DNA from: Spirochaetales bacterium
Lineage (GTDB): Bacteria; Spirochaetota; Spirochaetia; JABEVK01
DNA length: 50,810 nucleotides
NCBI GenBank assembly: GCA_027451385.1
Contig: DAIDJJ010000001.1
Span: 1-50,810, forward strand
Direction: 5' to 3'
Under the pieces are notes generated by a model. It did no database searches and had not been told where the DNA came from. It worked only from the letters and a program-made list of their open reading frames with translations. Of the stretch, positions 9,166-17,968 are shown piece by piece. The position numbers and the translations under genes were made by a program. Position 1 is the first letter of the stretch. Every line of letters starts with the position of its first letter.

Positions 9166-9861
9166 TTGATCGGACCGGATATTGATGAAATCATTGCACA
9201 AGATATCAACGCTATGCGCCAATGTCCTGAAGGCTTAGCGTGTCGAGATTGTCCCGTGGGAGTCTGTGTAAAATTAGTTTCTGTCGCGGATTTTCCTACT
9301 GAGTTTGGACATTTCCGCATTATGGGTTTTGTCAACAATAAAGATGGTAAAGATCACGTCATCATTTTAAAAGGGGAGATCGGGGACGGTACTCAGCTGT
9401 TGACCCGAATTCACTCGGCTTGCCTAACCGGCGACGCTTTGGGGAGTTTACGCTGTGATTGCGGCCCACAACTTCGACAAGCTTTAAAGATTATTGAAAA
9501 AGAAGGTCGTGGTCTTGTGCTTTATCATCAAGAAGAAGGCCGCGGCATTGGCCTTGTGAATAAATTGAGGGCTTATGCGCTTCAAGATCAAGGGTATGAT
9601 ACCTGGGATGCCAATGTCGCTCTTGGTTTTGCTGCCGACGAGCGGGATTACCAAATCCCCGCGCTTATGCTTCAGAAATTAGGGATACAAAGCGTACGTC
9701 TTTTAACCAACAATCCTGAAAAAGTTCAGGCTTTGGAAAAATACGGTGTGAAAGTTAGCGAACGAGTTCCCCATGAACTTCCGTCCCACCATCACGATGA
9801 GCGCTACCTGGTCACCAAAAAAGAGCGGTTTGGACATCTCTTGCATTTGGACCATTCCTAA
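9166..9861 (+). CDS. ribA: GTP cyclohydrolase II with a short Cys-rich N-terminal extension
   Basis: Signature RIHSACLTGDALGSLRCDCGPQL, EGRGIGLVNKLRAYALQDQGYDT and LLTNNPEKV. I prefer the TTG at 9166 because AAGGAG lies 6 nt upstream. The ORF track starts at TTG 9115. Confidence 0.9.
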   Translation: MIGPDIDEIIAQDINAMRQCPEGLACRDCPVGVCVKLVSVADFPTEFGHFRIMGFVNNKDGKDHVIILKGEIGDGTQLLTRIHSACLTGDALGSLRCDCGPQLRQALKIIEKEGRGLVLYHQEEGRGIGLVNKLRAYALQDQGYDTWDANVALGFAADERDYQIPALMLQKLGIQSVRLLTNNPEKVQALEKYGVKVSERVPHELPSHHHDERYLVTKKERFGHLLHLDHS

Positions 9862-9906
9862 GCCGCTGGAATGGTCTAACCGAAAAGAACCCTACCCAAT
9901 TGGACC

Positions 9907-10440
9907 CTATCGAATAGGTTGGGCTTCGTTCCATAGCCTCAGCCACTCGGTTCGGTAGCGGTTGGCGAGACTCGGGATATTCCACAAGACTAAAGCGTTT
10001 TCAGCATTGCGTTTAACGGCGGCTTCGGTGTAGTTAAAACTACCGGTTTCAAGAGAAGTTCCGTCAGCAACCATGAATTTATGGTGGTGGATGGCGTAAC
10101 GGCTGTTCAAACGAACTGGAATGCCGTGGTTAGCCAGAAAACGAACTTTACTGCTATGTTGGCGAGCCGCTTTAGCATCGGCGACAATTTCTACGCGCAC
10201 ACCCCGTTCTTTGGCACGGATGAGGGCTTTGGCAATGGGGTAGGAAGTCAACTCATAGGCTGCCATCAGCAATTCGCGATGAGCTTCCCCAATAAACTTT
10301 TCTACAACTTGAAGGCTGGTACCTCCAGGAGAAAACCCCACTTCGTAAGAGGCCCCTGAGGGAATAGGTGTCTGAGCCGCCAGCGGACTGCTCAGGGTTA
10401 CGAAAAGGGTTATAGTGAACAAAACGACAAAATATTTCAT
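9907..10440 (-). CDS. secreted phospholipase-D-family endonuclease (Nuc-like)
   Basis: Signal peptide (FVTLSSPLAAQ) and a single HKD motif, HHKFMVADGTSLETGSFNYT. Confidence 0.85.
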   Translation of the reverse strand: MKYFVVLFTITLFVTLSSPLAAQTPIPSGASYEVGFSPGGTSLQVVEKFIGEAHRELLMAAYELTSYPIAKALIRAKERGVRVEIVADAKAARQHSSKVRFLANHGIPVRLNSRYAIHHHKFMVADGTSLETGSFNYTEAAVKRNAENALVLWNIPSLANRYRTEWLRLWNEAQPIR

Positions 10441-10633
10441 GGTTTAAGTTTCGGGTTTTTTACCACAAAAGAATAGTCCTAGAGAGGGTAAGGTCCAAAA
10501 GTTTGACTTTTTTTGAAAAAAGTGCCACTTTTTTTCTTTTTTTTTTCAAGAAGGACTAGCTAAGGGGCGAATACTATGGTGTAAATACTAATGGGCGCTC
10601 GTTTGAGGTCGGCCCGAGGAGACCAAAACTAGC

Positions 10634-10906
10634 ATGAAAATTTATGTTGGTAATCTTTCGTATTCTACGAATGATCAGGGGCTGAACGAGTTGTTTGCCC
10701 AATTTGGGGAAGTTGCGGATGCCAAAGTTGTCATTGACCGCGAAACCCGACGTTCAAAAGGTTTCGGCTTTGTAGAAATGCCGAATCAAAATCAAGGGGA
10801 AGAGGCTATTCGCCAGCTGGATGGACGCCAAGTTGATGGCCGTAATCTGCGCGTGAATGTTGCTCAGCCCCGCGAAGAGAGAGCTCCCCGCTCCAACCGC
10901 TGGTAA
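10634..10906 (+). CDS. RRM-type RNA-binding protein
   Basis: 90 aa with RNP-2 (IYVGNL) and RNP-1 (KGFGFVEM). Confidence 0.9.
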   Translation: MKIYVGNLSYSTNDQGLNELFAQFGEVADAKVVIDRETRRSKGFGFVEMPNQNQGEEAIRQLDGRQVDGRNLRVNVAQPREERAPRSNRW

Positions 10907-10928
10907 TTCACTCAGCAATTAAGAATCA

Positions 10929-10963
10929 AGGCCCCGGCATTTCCGGCCGGGGCCTTTTATTTT
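10929..10963 (+). terminator. rho-independent terminator after the RRM gene
   Basis: A 10-bp GC-rich stem (aggccccggc / gccggggcct) with a 7-nt loop, followed by ttttatttt. Confidence 0.8.
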
Positions 10964-10975
10964 AACGGAGGTACT

Positions 10976-11173
10976 GTGGCAAAACCCAATTATGCCTATG
11001 CAAAACGACAACGAGAATTAGCCAAAAAAAAGAAGCAAGAAGATAAACGTCAACGAAAAATCGAGTCTCAAACCCATCCTTCTGAGGCTTCAGAAGACCA
11101 AGACCTTGAAACTGAAGGTCAAGAATTTGACTCTGAAGAACAGGATTCGAGTGTCAACAATAATCCTTTATAA
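10976..11173 (+). CDS. small protein with a basic N-terminus and an acidic C-terminus, unknown function
   Basis: 65 aa (MAKPNYAYAKRQRELAKKKKQEDKRQRK...DSEEQDSS). The GTG start is preceded by GGAGG with a 4-nt spacer. Its 3' end overlaps the convergent recQ-family gene by 55 nt. Confidence 0.5.
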   Translation: MAKPNYAYAKRQRELAKKKKQEDKRQRKIESQTHPSEASEDQDLETEGQEFDSEEQDSSVNNNPL

Positions 11174-12477
11174 AACCCTCTTGAGGGAAATGAAACCCAA
11201 CCGTTTAGGACAAGATTTTTCCAGCCTTCTTCTCTTTCCCATCCCGACCAGCTCTTCCAAAAACTGAAAAGTTTTTTTCGTGTTTCATCTATAGTCCAGC
11301 GCCTGTTACCCTGAAGTAAAAAATTGATAGCTCGTTCTCGGTCTTCGTGGTGATAACGACCCAAGCAAGAGTCACAGCCCGCACAGTCCACGAATTCCGA
11401 TCTGAACGGAGCCAAGTAGGTTTTTCGTAAGCAATCCAACTCTGGGCGCTTCCTATCTTTTTCTAAGATGAGAGCTTTGGCAGCTTGACCGTCTCGGCCC
11501 GCACGTCCTGCTTCTTGCCAATAGTCGGCTGGACTCCGTGAACCTCCAACATGCAACACTGTACGAATTCCTGGATGATCTACACCCATTCCAAAAGCAT
11601 TGGTGGTCACGAGTACACCCTCTGTGGTTTCGCGAAACCAGTTTTCGAGCTTTCTTTTCTCATCCTGAGGCAAGCCCGCATGATAAAAACGGACTGGAAA
11701 TCCTGTTTCTTCACTTAAGTGATGTGCCCAACGGCGTACGCCCTCTCGACTTTGTAAAAATAAAACTAGGGGTTTATTTTCTTCACGAACCAAGGTGGTC
11801 AGACTACGTCGTAGGGATAAAAAGTAATGACGGGAAAAATACAGATTAGGCCGATCTGGGTTGGCTTGTAGTAACTCAAAGGGACGTCCCGAAAAAAGGT
11901 CTTTCCAAGCTTCCATAACCTTGTCATCTGCTGTAGCCGTCAAAGCGGTCATTCGAGGAATTTGCAATTCGGTAACCAGGGAGGGCAAGAGTTGATAGGC
12001 TGGCCGAAACTCTTGCCCCCAGGTAGAAAAGCAGTGAGCTTCATCAATAGCCAAGTGAGACCAGGAGAATTGGGCCAGCTTGCTTCGGTTAGCTTGAGAG
12101 GCCAGTGTTTCCGGGTTGGTCAGGACCAGGTCAGGACGCTGTTTTAATTCAGCCCAGACACGTTCCCGTTGGGCTTTGGTTTGTCCACCTTGAAGTAAAG
12201 TCACCCGGAGTCCAGCCGCTTCAAAACGACGTTTTTGATCATTCATTAAAGCCCTCAAGGGGTACACCACCAGCGTCGCGTGCTCGAATAAAGGGGCGGG
12301 CACTTGAAAGCAAAGGCTCTTGCCATAGCCGGTAGGAAAAACGACACCCAGGTCCAAGCGAGTTTTCTCAAGGACTTTTTGAATCACAAGACGTTGACTC
12401 GGCAAGAGATAAGGGATCCCTTGTCGAGATAAAACGGGAGCAAGACGCTGATCCAGGTCACTCATAACCTGGATCAC
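11119..12477 (-). CDS. recQ: RecQ-family ATP-dependent DNA helicase (short form, no HRDC)
   Basis: FPTGYGKSLCF (Walker A), AIDEAHCFSTWGQEFRPAY, LTATA, VTTNAFGMGVDHP, QEAGRAGRDG and the Cys cluster CAGCDSC. Confidence 0.85.
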   Translation of the reverse strand: MIQVMSDLDQRLAPVLSRQGIPYLLPSQRLVIQKVLEKTRLDLGVVFPTGYGKSLCFQVPAPLFEHATLVVYPLRALMNDQKRRFEAAGLRVTLLQGGQTKAQRERVWAELKQRPDLVLTNPETLASQANRSKLAQFSWSHLAIDEAHCFSTWGQEFRPAYQLLPSLVTELQIPRMTALTATADDKVMEAWKDLFSGRPFELLQANPDRPNLYFSRHYFLSLRRSLTTLVREENKPLVLFLQSREGVRRWAHHLSEETGFPVRFYHAGLPQDEKRKLENWFRETTEGVLVTTNAFGMGVDHPGIRTVLHVGGSRSPADYWQEAGRAGRDGQAAKALILEKDRKRPELDCLRKTYLAPFRSEFVDCAGCDSCLGRYHHEDRERAINFLLQGNRRWTIDETRKKLFSFWKSWSGWEREEGWKNLVLNGWVSFPSRGFYKGLLLTLESCSSESNS

Positions 12478-12490
12478 GGCATCTTTTTCA

Positions 12491-15157
12491 CTACGACTTC
12501 AAGTCATTGCTTTTTTTTGTGGCTTTCTTTGGTGAAGCTTTTTTTGCGGCAACCTTTTTCGTAGTAGACTTTTTCGGAGGGGCTTTTGGGGCTGAAACTT
12601 TTTTCGCGGGATTTTTCGAATTTAAGAGTTCTGAGACGATTGCCGCAGTCAAAGTTTGTGCGGCCTCTGGGGTTTTATACTGTTCGGGAAGGCTTATGTT
12701 CCTCAGGCCTGATTTCAAGTATGCACCAAATTTGCCTGCGATAACCTGTACTTTACGGGCTATGCCTTCCTCACCAGCGCTAAACTCTTTTAATACGGTA
12801 AAACCAGCGCGAGCTTTCTTTTCTTCTGCCAAGAGTCCCAAGGCTTGCTCCAGGGTCACCGTGTACACATCCTCTTTCAAAGAACGAAACTCTCCATCAT
12901 GGGCCACATACGGTCCAAAGCGGCCAATGTTCGCGATCACGGGCTTTTGAGTTTGCGGATGTAAACCCAACTCACGCGGAAGTGATAACAGCTGAAGGGC
13001 GATCTCTAAGGTCACACTGGCTGGCGCCATTCCCTTGGGTAAGCTCACCGTTCTCGGTTTTACGGCTTCTTCTTTGGTTCCCAACTGAATATGTGGACCA
13101 TAGCGGCCAATCAACACAAAGATAGGCTTCCCTGTGGCAGGATCGATACCCAAAGGTTCGGCATGCGCGGCTGAACGGTGAATTAAACTTTCTAGATCTT
13201 CGGGAGTCAAATCGGCAGGAGGTGTTTCGGCAGGTATAGAGGCGTTGGTTTTTTCTCCCGTCTCGTTGATCTGAATCATGTAGGGGCCAAAGCGGCCGAT
13301 TTTGACGGCTTGTTCGGGTTTCATCTGAGGCAACTGAACGGTTCGAGATTCATCCGCATCAATTTGGGTTTCCGTGGTTTCGACGACTTGTTTTAGTCCC
13401 GACTGGCCTAAGTAGAATTCTTTGAGGTAGTCCAAGCGGTCATCTTTGCCTAAGGCAATTTCATCGAGACGTTTTTCCATCTCAGAGGTGAAATCATAAT
13501 CCACCAAATGGGGAAAATTACGGGTCAAAAGTTGAACGACGGCGATCCCTGTAAACGTCGGTACTAACGTCGAGTCTTTCTTGAACACATAACCGCGTTC
13601 TTGCAAAGTAGCAATAATGGTGGCATAGGTAGAAGGGCGTCCTATGCCTTCTTTTTCGAGGCGCTGGACCAAAGCGGCTTCGGTAAACCGAGCTGGGGGC
13701 TTCGTCCAGTGCTGATCGAGCTCCACTTGGACCGGATTCAGGGTATCGTTGACATTCAAATCGGGAAGGTAACTTTCCATATTATCAAGGGCGGCCTCAG
13801 GGTCATCGCTGCCCTCAACGTAGGCACGGAGAAATCCTGGAAAAAGGATTTTAATTCCAGAAGCTGAAAACACGGCATCTCCAGCTTCAATGCGAACTTG
13901 AACCGCACTTTTCTTCGCTTCAGCCATCTGACTCGCCAAAGTTCGTTTCCAAATCAATTCGTAAAGAGCCTTCTCGCGGCCGGATAAACCTGTGGCTTCG
14001 GGTGTTCGAAACGGAGCAGAAGGGCGAATTGCCTCGTGACTTTCTTGTGCCCCTTTACTTTTGGCGGCATAACGACGGGGTTGCGCAGGTAAATACTGTG
14101 CTCCAAAGAGTTGAAGAACGGCCGCTCGTGAGGCTTCCAGGGCTTCCTGTGAGAGGGAAGGACTGTCCGTTCTCATGTAAGTAATAAAGCCCTCTTCGTA
14201 AAGCTTTTGTGCAATCCGCATCGTATCGCGGGTAGAAAACCCGAGTTTTCGGTTGGCCTCTTGTTGCAGTGTTGAAGTAATAAATGGTGGTGCTGGAGTT
14301 TGGGGGGTTTCTTTCTGAGTAACGTCAGTGATCTTCCAAGCCACCGAATGCAAGCGATCCTTGAGGTCTTGTACTTCTCGTTCTGACAAAAGAACCGCCG
14401 TTGACTTGGCATGAAGACCGCCTGTTTCGGGGTCAAAATCTTTCCCCTGAGCGACTCGTTTTTTTTGGACTTCCACAAGTTTGGCGTGAAAACGTTCATG
14501 GGCTGAAGTGTTGCCTGGTTTTTCTAAGAGAACTTCAAGATCCCAATAGGTTGCACTTTTAAAGCGACAACGAGCTAATTCCCGTTCGACGATCAATCGT
14601 AACCCGGGACTTTGGACCCGTCCGGCGGACAATCCATAGGCGACTTTTTTCCAGATCAACGGAGACAAGGTATACCCGTACAATCGGTCGAGAAGACGAC
14701 GAGTCTCTTGAGCATTCACCAAGCTCATATCAATATCGCGAGTATTCTCTAAAGCTTCTTGGATAGCGTTCTGGGTGATTTCATGAAAAACCATGCGTCG
14801 AACAGGAACCTTGGGCGAAAGCACGTCCAAGAGGTGCCATGAAATGCTTTCTCCTTCACGGTCTTCGTCGGTGGCAAGGTAGATTTGAGAGGCATCTGCC
14901 ATCAAAGCCTTGAGTTGCCGAACTAATGGCCCTTTGTCCTTGGGAATGACATACAAAGGAGTAAAATCCTTTTCTACATCAATACCTAATCTAGACCATT
15001 CCAATTTTTTGTAAGCGGCCGGAATTTCCGCTGCCGTTTGAGGAAGATCTCGAATATGACCCACACTTGCTTCAACGCGAAAATGAGGGGGAAGGAACCG
15101 TTTTATGGTTTTTGCTTTAGTAGGTGATTCGACGATGACCAAAACGCTCTTGTCCAT
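12491..15157 (-). CDS. topA: DNA topoisomerase I
   Basis: Toprim motifs (VLVIVESPTKAKTI, LATDEDREGE), active-site region GFITYMRTDS, four Cys-less G(R/K)(F/Y)G(P/A)(Y/H) C-terminal repeats and a Lys-rich tail. I prefer the ATG at 15157 (MDKSVLVIVESP). The ORF track extends to TTG 15175. Confidence 0.95.
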   Translation of the reverse strand: MDKSVLVIVESPTKAKTIKRFLPPHFRVEASVGHIRDLPQTAAEIPAAYKKLEWSRLGIDVEKDFTPLYVIPKDKGPLVRQLKALMADASQIYLATDEDREGESISWHLLDVLSPKVPVRRMVFHEITQNAIQEALENTRDIDMSLVNAQETRRLLDRLYGYTLSPLIWKKVAYGLSAGRVQSPGLRLIVERELARCRFKSATYWDLEVLLEKPGNTSAHERFHAKLVEVQKKRVAQGKDFDPETGGLHAKSTAVLLSEREVQDLKDRLHSVAWKITDVTQKETPQTPAPPFITSTLQQEANRKLGFSTRDTMRIAQKLYEEGFITYMRTDSPSLSQEALEASRAAVLQLFGAQYLPAQPRRYAAKSKGAQESHEAIRPSAPFRTPEATGLSGREKALYELIWKRTLASQMAEAKKSAVQVRIEAGDAVFSASGIKILFPGFLRAYVEGSDDPEAALDNMESYLPDLNVNDTLNPVQVELDQHWTKPPARFTEAALVQRLEKEGIGRPSTYATIIATLQERGYVFKKDSTLVPTFTGIAVVQLLTRNFPHLVDYDFTSEMEKRLDEIALGKDDRLDYLKEFYLGQSGLKQVVETTETQIDADESRTVQLPQMKPEQAVKIGRFGPYMIQINETGEKTNASIPAETPPADLTPEDLESLIHRSAAHAEPLGIDPATGKPIFVLIGRYGPHIQLGTKEEAVKPRTVSLPKGMAPASVTLEIALQLLSLPRELGLHPQTQKPVIANIGRFGPYVAHDGEFRSLKEDVYTVTLEQALGLLAEEKKARAGFTVLKEFSAGEEGIARKVQVIAGKFGAYLKSGLRNISLPEQYKTPEAAQTLTAAIVSELLNSKNPAKKVSAPKAPPKKSTTKKVAAKKASPKKATKKSNDLKS

Positions 15158-15245
15158 GGGTATAACAATCGACAAAAATCAGGAAACTTCAAGTCCCTGT
15201 TGGCAGGCTTAGGGGCCTCATGGTAGATTTTTAGGGGGAGTTCCC

Positions 15246-15521
15246 ATGCAATTGATGAGTTTTGTGGGTTTTTTAGCGGCTTTTCTCACGACGATTTCGT
15301 TTGTTCCACAGGTTTGGAAGACATTGAAGACCAGGGATACGGCCAGTATTTCGCTTCTTATGTATACTCTTTTTACGCTGGGTGTGGCCTCTTGGTTAGC
15401 TTGGGGCTTATGGGCAGGGCAATGGCCAGTCATCATCGCCAACGCTTTGACCCTGGTGCTAGCCTCCATTGTTCTGGGGTTCAAAATTTGGGATGTTGTC
15501 ATAGGAAAGGAGAAGCCGTAA
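15246..15521 (+). CDS. SemiSWEET (PQ-loop) transporter
   Basis: 91 aa with three TM helices and a PQ motif in FLAAFLTTISFVPQVWKTLKTRD, closely resembling characterised bacterial SemiSWEETs. SD gggggag lies upstream. Confidence 0.85.
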   Translation: MQLMSFVGFLAAFLTTISFVPQVWKTLKTRDTASISLLMYTLFTLGVASWLAWGLWAGQWPVIIANALTLVLASIVLGFKIWDVVIGKEKP

Positions 15522-16831
15522 TGGAACTTCAGCAAGCCGCCCGTCAGTTAAAAGCCCTAACTCCTCGTTTAAGTTCTTTGCCCACCGAGGTGAAAAATTC
15601 TGCCCTGCTGAAGATAGCTCAAACTTTGCAGGAGCGGCGTTCTGAGCTCGAAGCGGCTAATCAACGCGATCTAACCGAAGCTCCCGCAGAGTTAGGGGCC
15701 CCTGTTCTTTCCCGTCTCAAGTTTCAAGGAGATAAAATCCTTAGCTCAGCAGATGGTGTCAAATCCGTTGCCCGTCTTCCAGACCCTGTCGGAAAGATTC
15801 TTTCGGCCCGCGAATTAGACCAAGGCTTGCTTTTAAAACAGGTGACTTGCCCTTTGGGGGTGATCGCGATGATTTTTGAGAGTCGTCCCGATGCCTTGGT
15901 ACAAATTGCCAGCTTAGCCTTAAAAAGCGGAAATGGGATCATTTTAAAAGGAGGCAAAGAGGCCCGTCATTCCAACCGTTTTTTGGCGGATTTAGTCCAT
16001 GATGCCGCTGTTTCAGCTGGTGTTCCCCCCGGTTGGTTATTCTTAATGGAAACACGAGAAGATGTTGAGGTCCTCTTGGGCTTAACGCATGAGGTGGACT
16101 TGATCATTCCACGGGGAAGTAATGCATTTGTTCAACATGTGATGCGCCATACGACCATTCCGGTTTTAGGTCACGCGGACGGAATCTGTCACGTGTATGT
16201 GGACAGTAAGGTGGATCTTGAACAAGCACTTCCGGTGATCTTAGATTCTAAAACCCAATATGTGGCAGTGTGTAATGCCGCTGAAACTCTGCTGATTCAT
16301 GTTGACGTAGCCCCCATGCTCTTGCCTCGTTTAAAACGACTCATGGATGAGAAAAAAGTCACACTGAAGGGCTGTGAACGTACAAAAACTTGGCTACCCG
16401 ATATCGAAAGTGCTACGGACGAGGATTGGGCCACCGAATATCTGGACTACATCCTTTCCATCAAAATAGTCGACTCATTACAAGACGCCATTAATCATAT
16501 TAATACCTGGGGCAGTCATCACACGGACGCGATTTTGACCAACTCTTTAGAAACAGCCGAAACGTTTATGAACTTAGTCGACAGTGCGGATGTGTTTTGG
16601 AACTGCTCCACCCGTTTTGCCGATGGCTTCCGCTTTGGTCTAGGGGCTGAAGTGGGGGTCGGTACGGGCAAAATCCATGCTCGGGGTCCGGTTGGGCTGG
16701 AGGGGTTGGTCATCTACAAATGGAAACTCTATGGTTCAGGTCAGGTGGTTGCGGATTATGTGGGACCACAGGCCCGTGCTTTTACGCATCGTGAGCTATC
16801 AGTGGGTACCTCTGAGGGAGGCCACTCTTGA
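15521..16831 (+). CDS. proA: gamma-glutamyl phosphate reductase
   Basis: Typical ProA sequence begins at MELQQAARQLK, including IFESRPDA and VCNAAETLLIH. The ATG at 15521 overlaps the SemiSWEET stop (TAATG) and follows aggaaaggagaag. The ORF-track extension back to 15314 is out-of-frame overlap with SemiSWEET. Confidence 0.95.
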   Translation: MELQQAARQLKALTPRLSSLPTEVKNSALLKIAQTLQERRSELEAANQRDLTEAPAELGAPVLSRLKFQGDKILSSADGVKSVARLPDPVGKILSARELDQGLLLKQVTCPLGVIAMIFESRPDALVQIASLALKSGNGIILKGGKEARHSNRFLADLVHDAAVSAGVPPGWLFLMETREDVEVLLGLTHEVDLIIPRGSNAFVQHVMRHTTIPVLGHADGICHVYVDSKVDLEQALPVILDSKTQYVAVCNAAETLLIHVDVAPMLLPRLKRLMDEKKVTLKGCERTKTWLPDIESATDEDWATEYLDYILSIKIVDSLQDAINHINTWGSHHTDAILTNSLETAETFMNLVDSADVFWNCSTRFADGFRFGLGAEVGVGTGKIHARGPVGLEGLVIYKWKLYGSGQVVADYVGPQARAFTHRELSVGTSEGGHS

Positions 16832-17952
16832 CGCGGGATTTTTCAAAAGTACGCCGGCTGGTGGTCAAAATCGGTACCAATACCTTGGCAGATAAAGCTG
16901 GTAAAGGTGGGGCCGAGATCGATCGAGCCTATGTGGCAGACATGGCCCAACAAGTTGTGGCCTTGCAAAAGAAAGGCTGTCAGGTGTTGTTGGTCACCTC
17001 AGGGGCCATTGGGATGGGAGCCGGCAATTTGGGGATTGTCGAAAAAGTCACAGACATCCGCATGCGTCAGGCTTGTGCCGCGATTGGTCAACCGCTTTTG
17101 ATGAATGAATACCGTCATGCCTTTGCCCAGCATGGCGTCTCGGTAGGGCAAATCTTATTAACAGATGATGTCCTTTCCGATCGCAACTCTTACTTAAACC
17201 TCCGTTCTACGGTAGAGACTTTGCTCAATCTGGGCGTGATTCCGATTTTTAATGAAAATGACACGATCTCTATTGCCGAAATTAGCCGAGCTTTTGGGGA
17301 CAACGATCGCTTGTCCGCCTTAGTCGCGAGCAAAGTCGATGCCGAACTCCTGATTATCCTTTCGGATATTGATGCCTTGTACGACAAGGACCCCCGCAAA
17401 TTTCCTGACGCTCGCCGTATTCCTGTGGTAGAAAATATTACCGCAGAAATTGAAGAAGGTGCCGGTTCAGCAGGCTCGTCCTTTTCAACAGGCGGCATGA
17501 AAACCAAAATTCGTGCGGTTTTAATCGCCGAGAAAGCTGGTTGTACCACGGTCTTAGCTCATGGCCGCGAAGCTCAAGTCCTTACCCGTGTTTTGGGGGG
17601 CGAAGAACTGGGAACGGTTTTTCTAGCAAAACCTCGCCTACGCAATCGACTGAGGTGGATTCTCCATTCACGACCTCAGGGGACCTTGACGGTAGATGAA
17701 GGGGCACTTGACGCGTTATATCACCGAAAAAGTCTCCTGCCTCGCGGCGTGCTTTCTGTCGAGGGGGAATTTGAAAAGGGGAGTGTGGTTTCGGTGAATG
17801 GGGTCTTAAAACTGGTGACGAAGTTCTCTTCTGATGACTTGCGGCATTTGGCCGGCAAGACCAGCCTTGAAGTCGCACAAATCTTGGGTCGAAAGGATGT
17901 TGTCGCCCGCCCCGAGGATATGGTCTTTTTGGACAATCCCGCCAGTCTTTAA
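16828..17952 (+). CDS. proB: glutamate 5-kinase with C-terminal PUA domain
   Basis: VVKIGTNTL, LLVTSGAIGMG, FGDNDRLSA and a PUA-like C-terminus. The TTG start overlaps the proA stop. Confidence 0.95.
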   Translation: MTRDFSKVRRLVVKIGTNTLADKAGKGGAEIDRAYVADMAQQVVALQKKGCQVLLVTSGAIGMGAGNLGIVEKVTDIRMRQACAAIGQPLLMNEYRHAFAQHGVSVGQILLTDDVLSDRNSYLNLRSTVETLLNLGVIPIFNENDTISIAEISRAFGDNDRLSALVASKVDAELLIILSDIDALYDKDPRKFPDARRIPVVENITAEIEEGAGSAGSSFSTGGMKTKIRAVLIAEKAGCTTVLAHGREAQVLTRVLGGEELGTVFLAKPRLRNRLRWILHSRPQGTLTVDEGALDALYHRKSLLPRGVLSVEGEFEKGSVVSVNGVLKLVTKFSSDDLRHLAGKTSLEVAQILGRKDVVARPEDMVFLDNPASL

Positions 17953-17968
17953 GTCAAAACCACGTCCT

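Noticed and set aside
12507-12950. 147-aa Phe-rich ORF on the plus strand.
   Set aside because: It is the antisense reading of the Lys-rich (AAG/AAA) tail of topA. The FFxxFF composition is the expected mirror artefact.
15314-15520. N-terminal 69-codon extension of the proA ORF in the ORF track.
   Set aside because: It overlaps the well-supported SemiSWEET gene in another frame. ProA homology begins at the ATG at 15521, which has its own SD.
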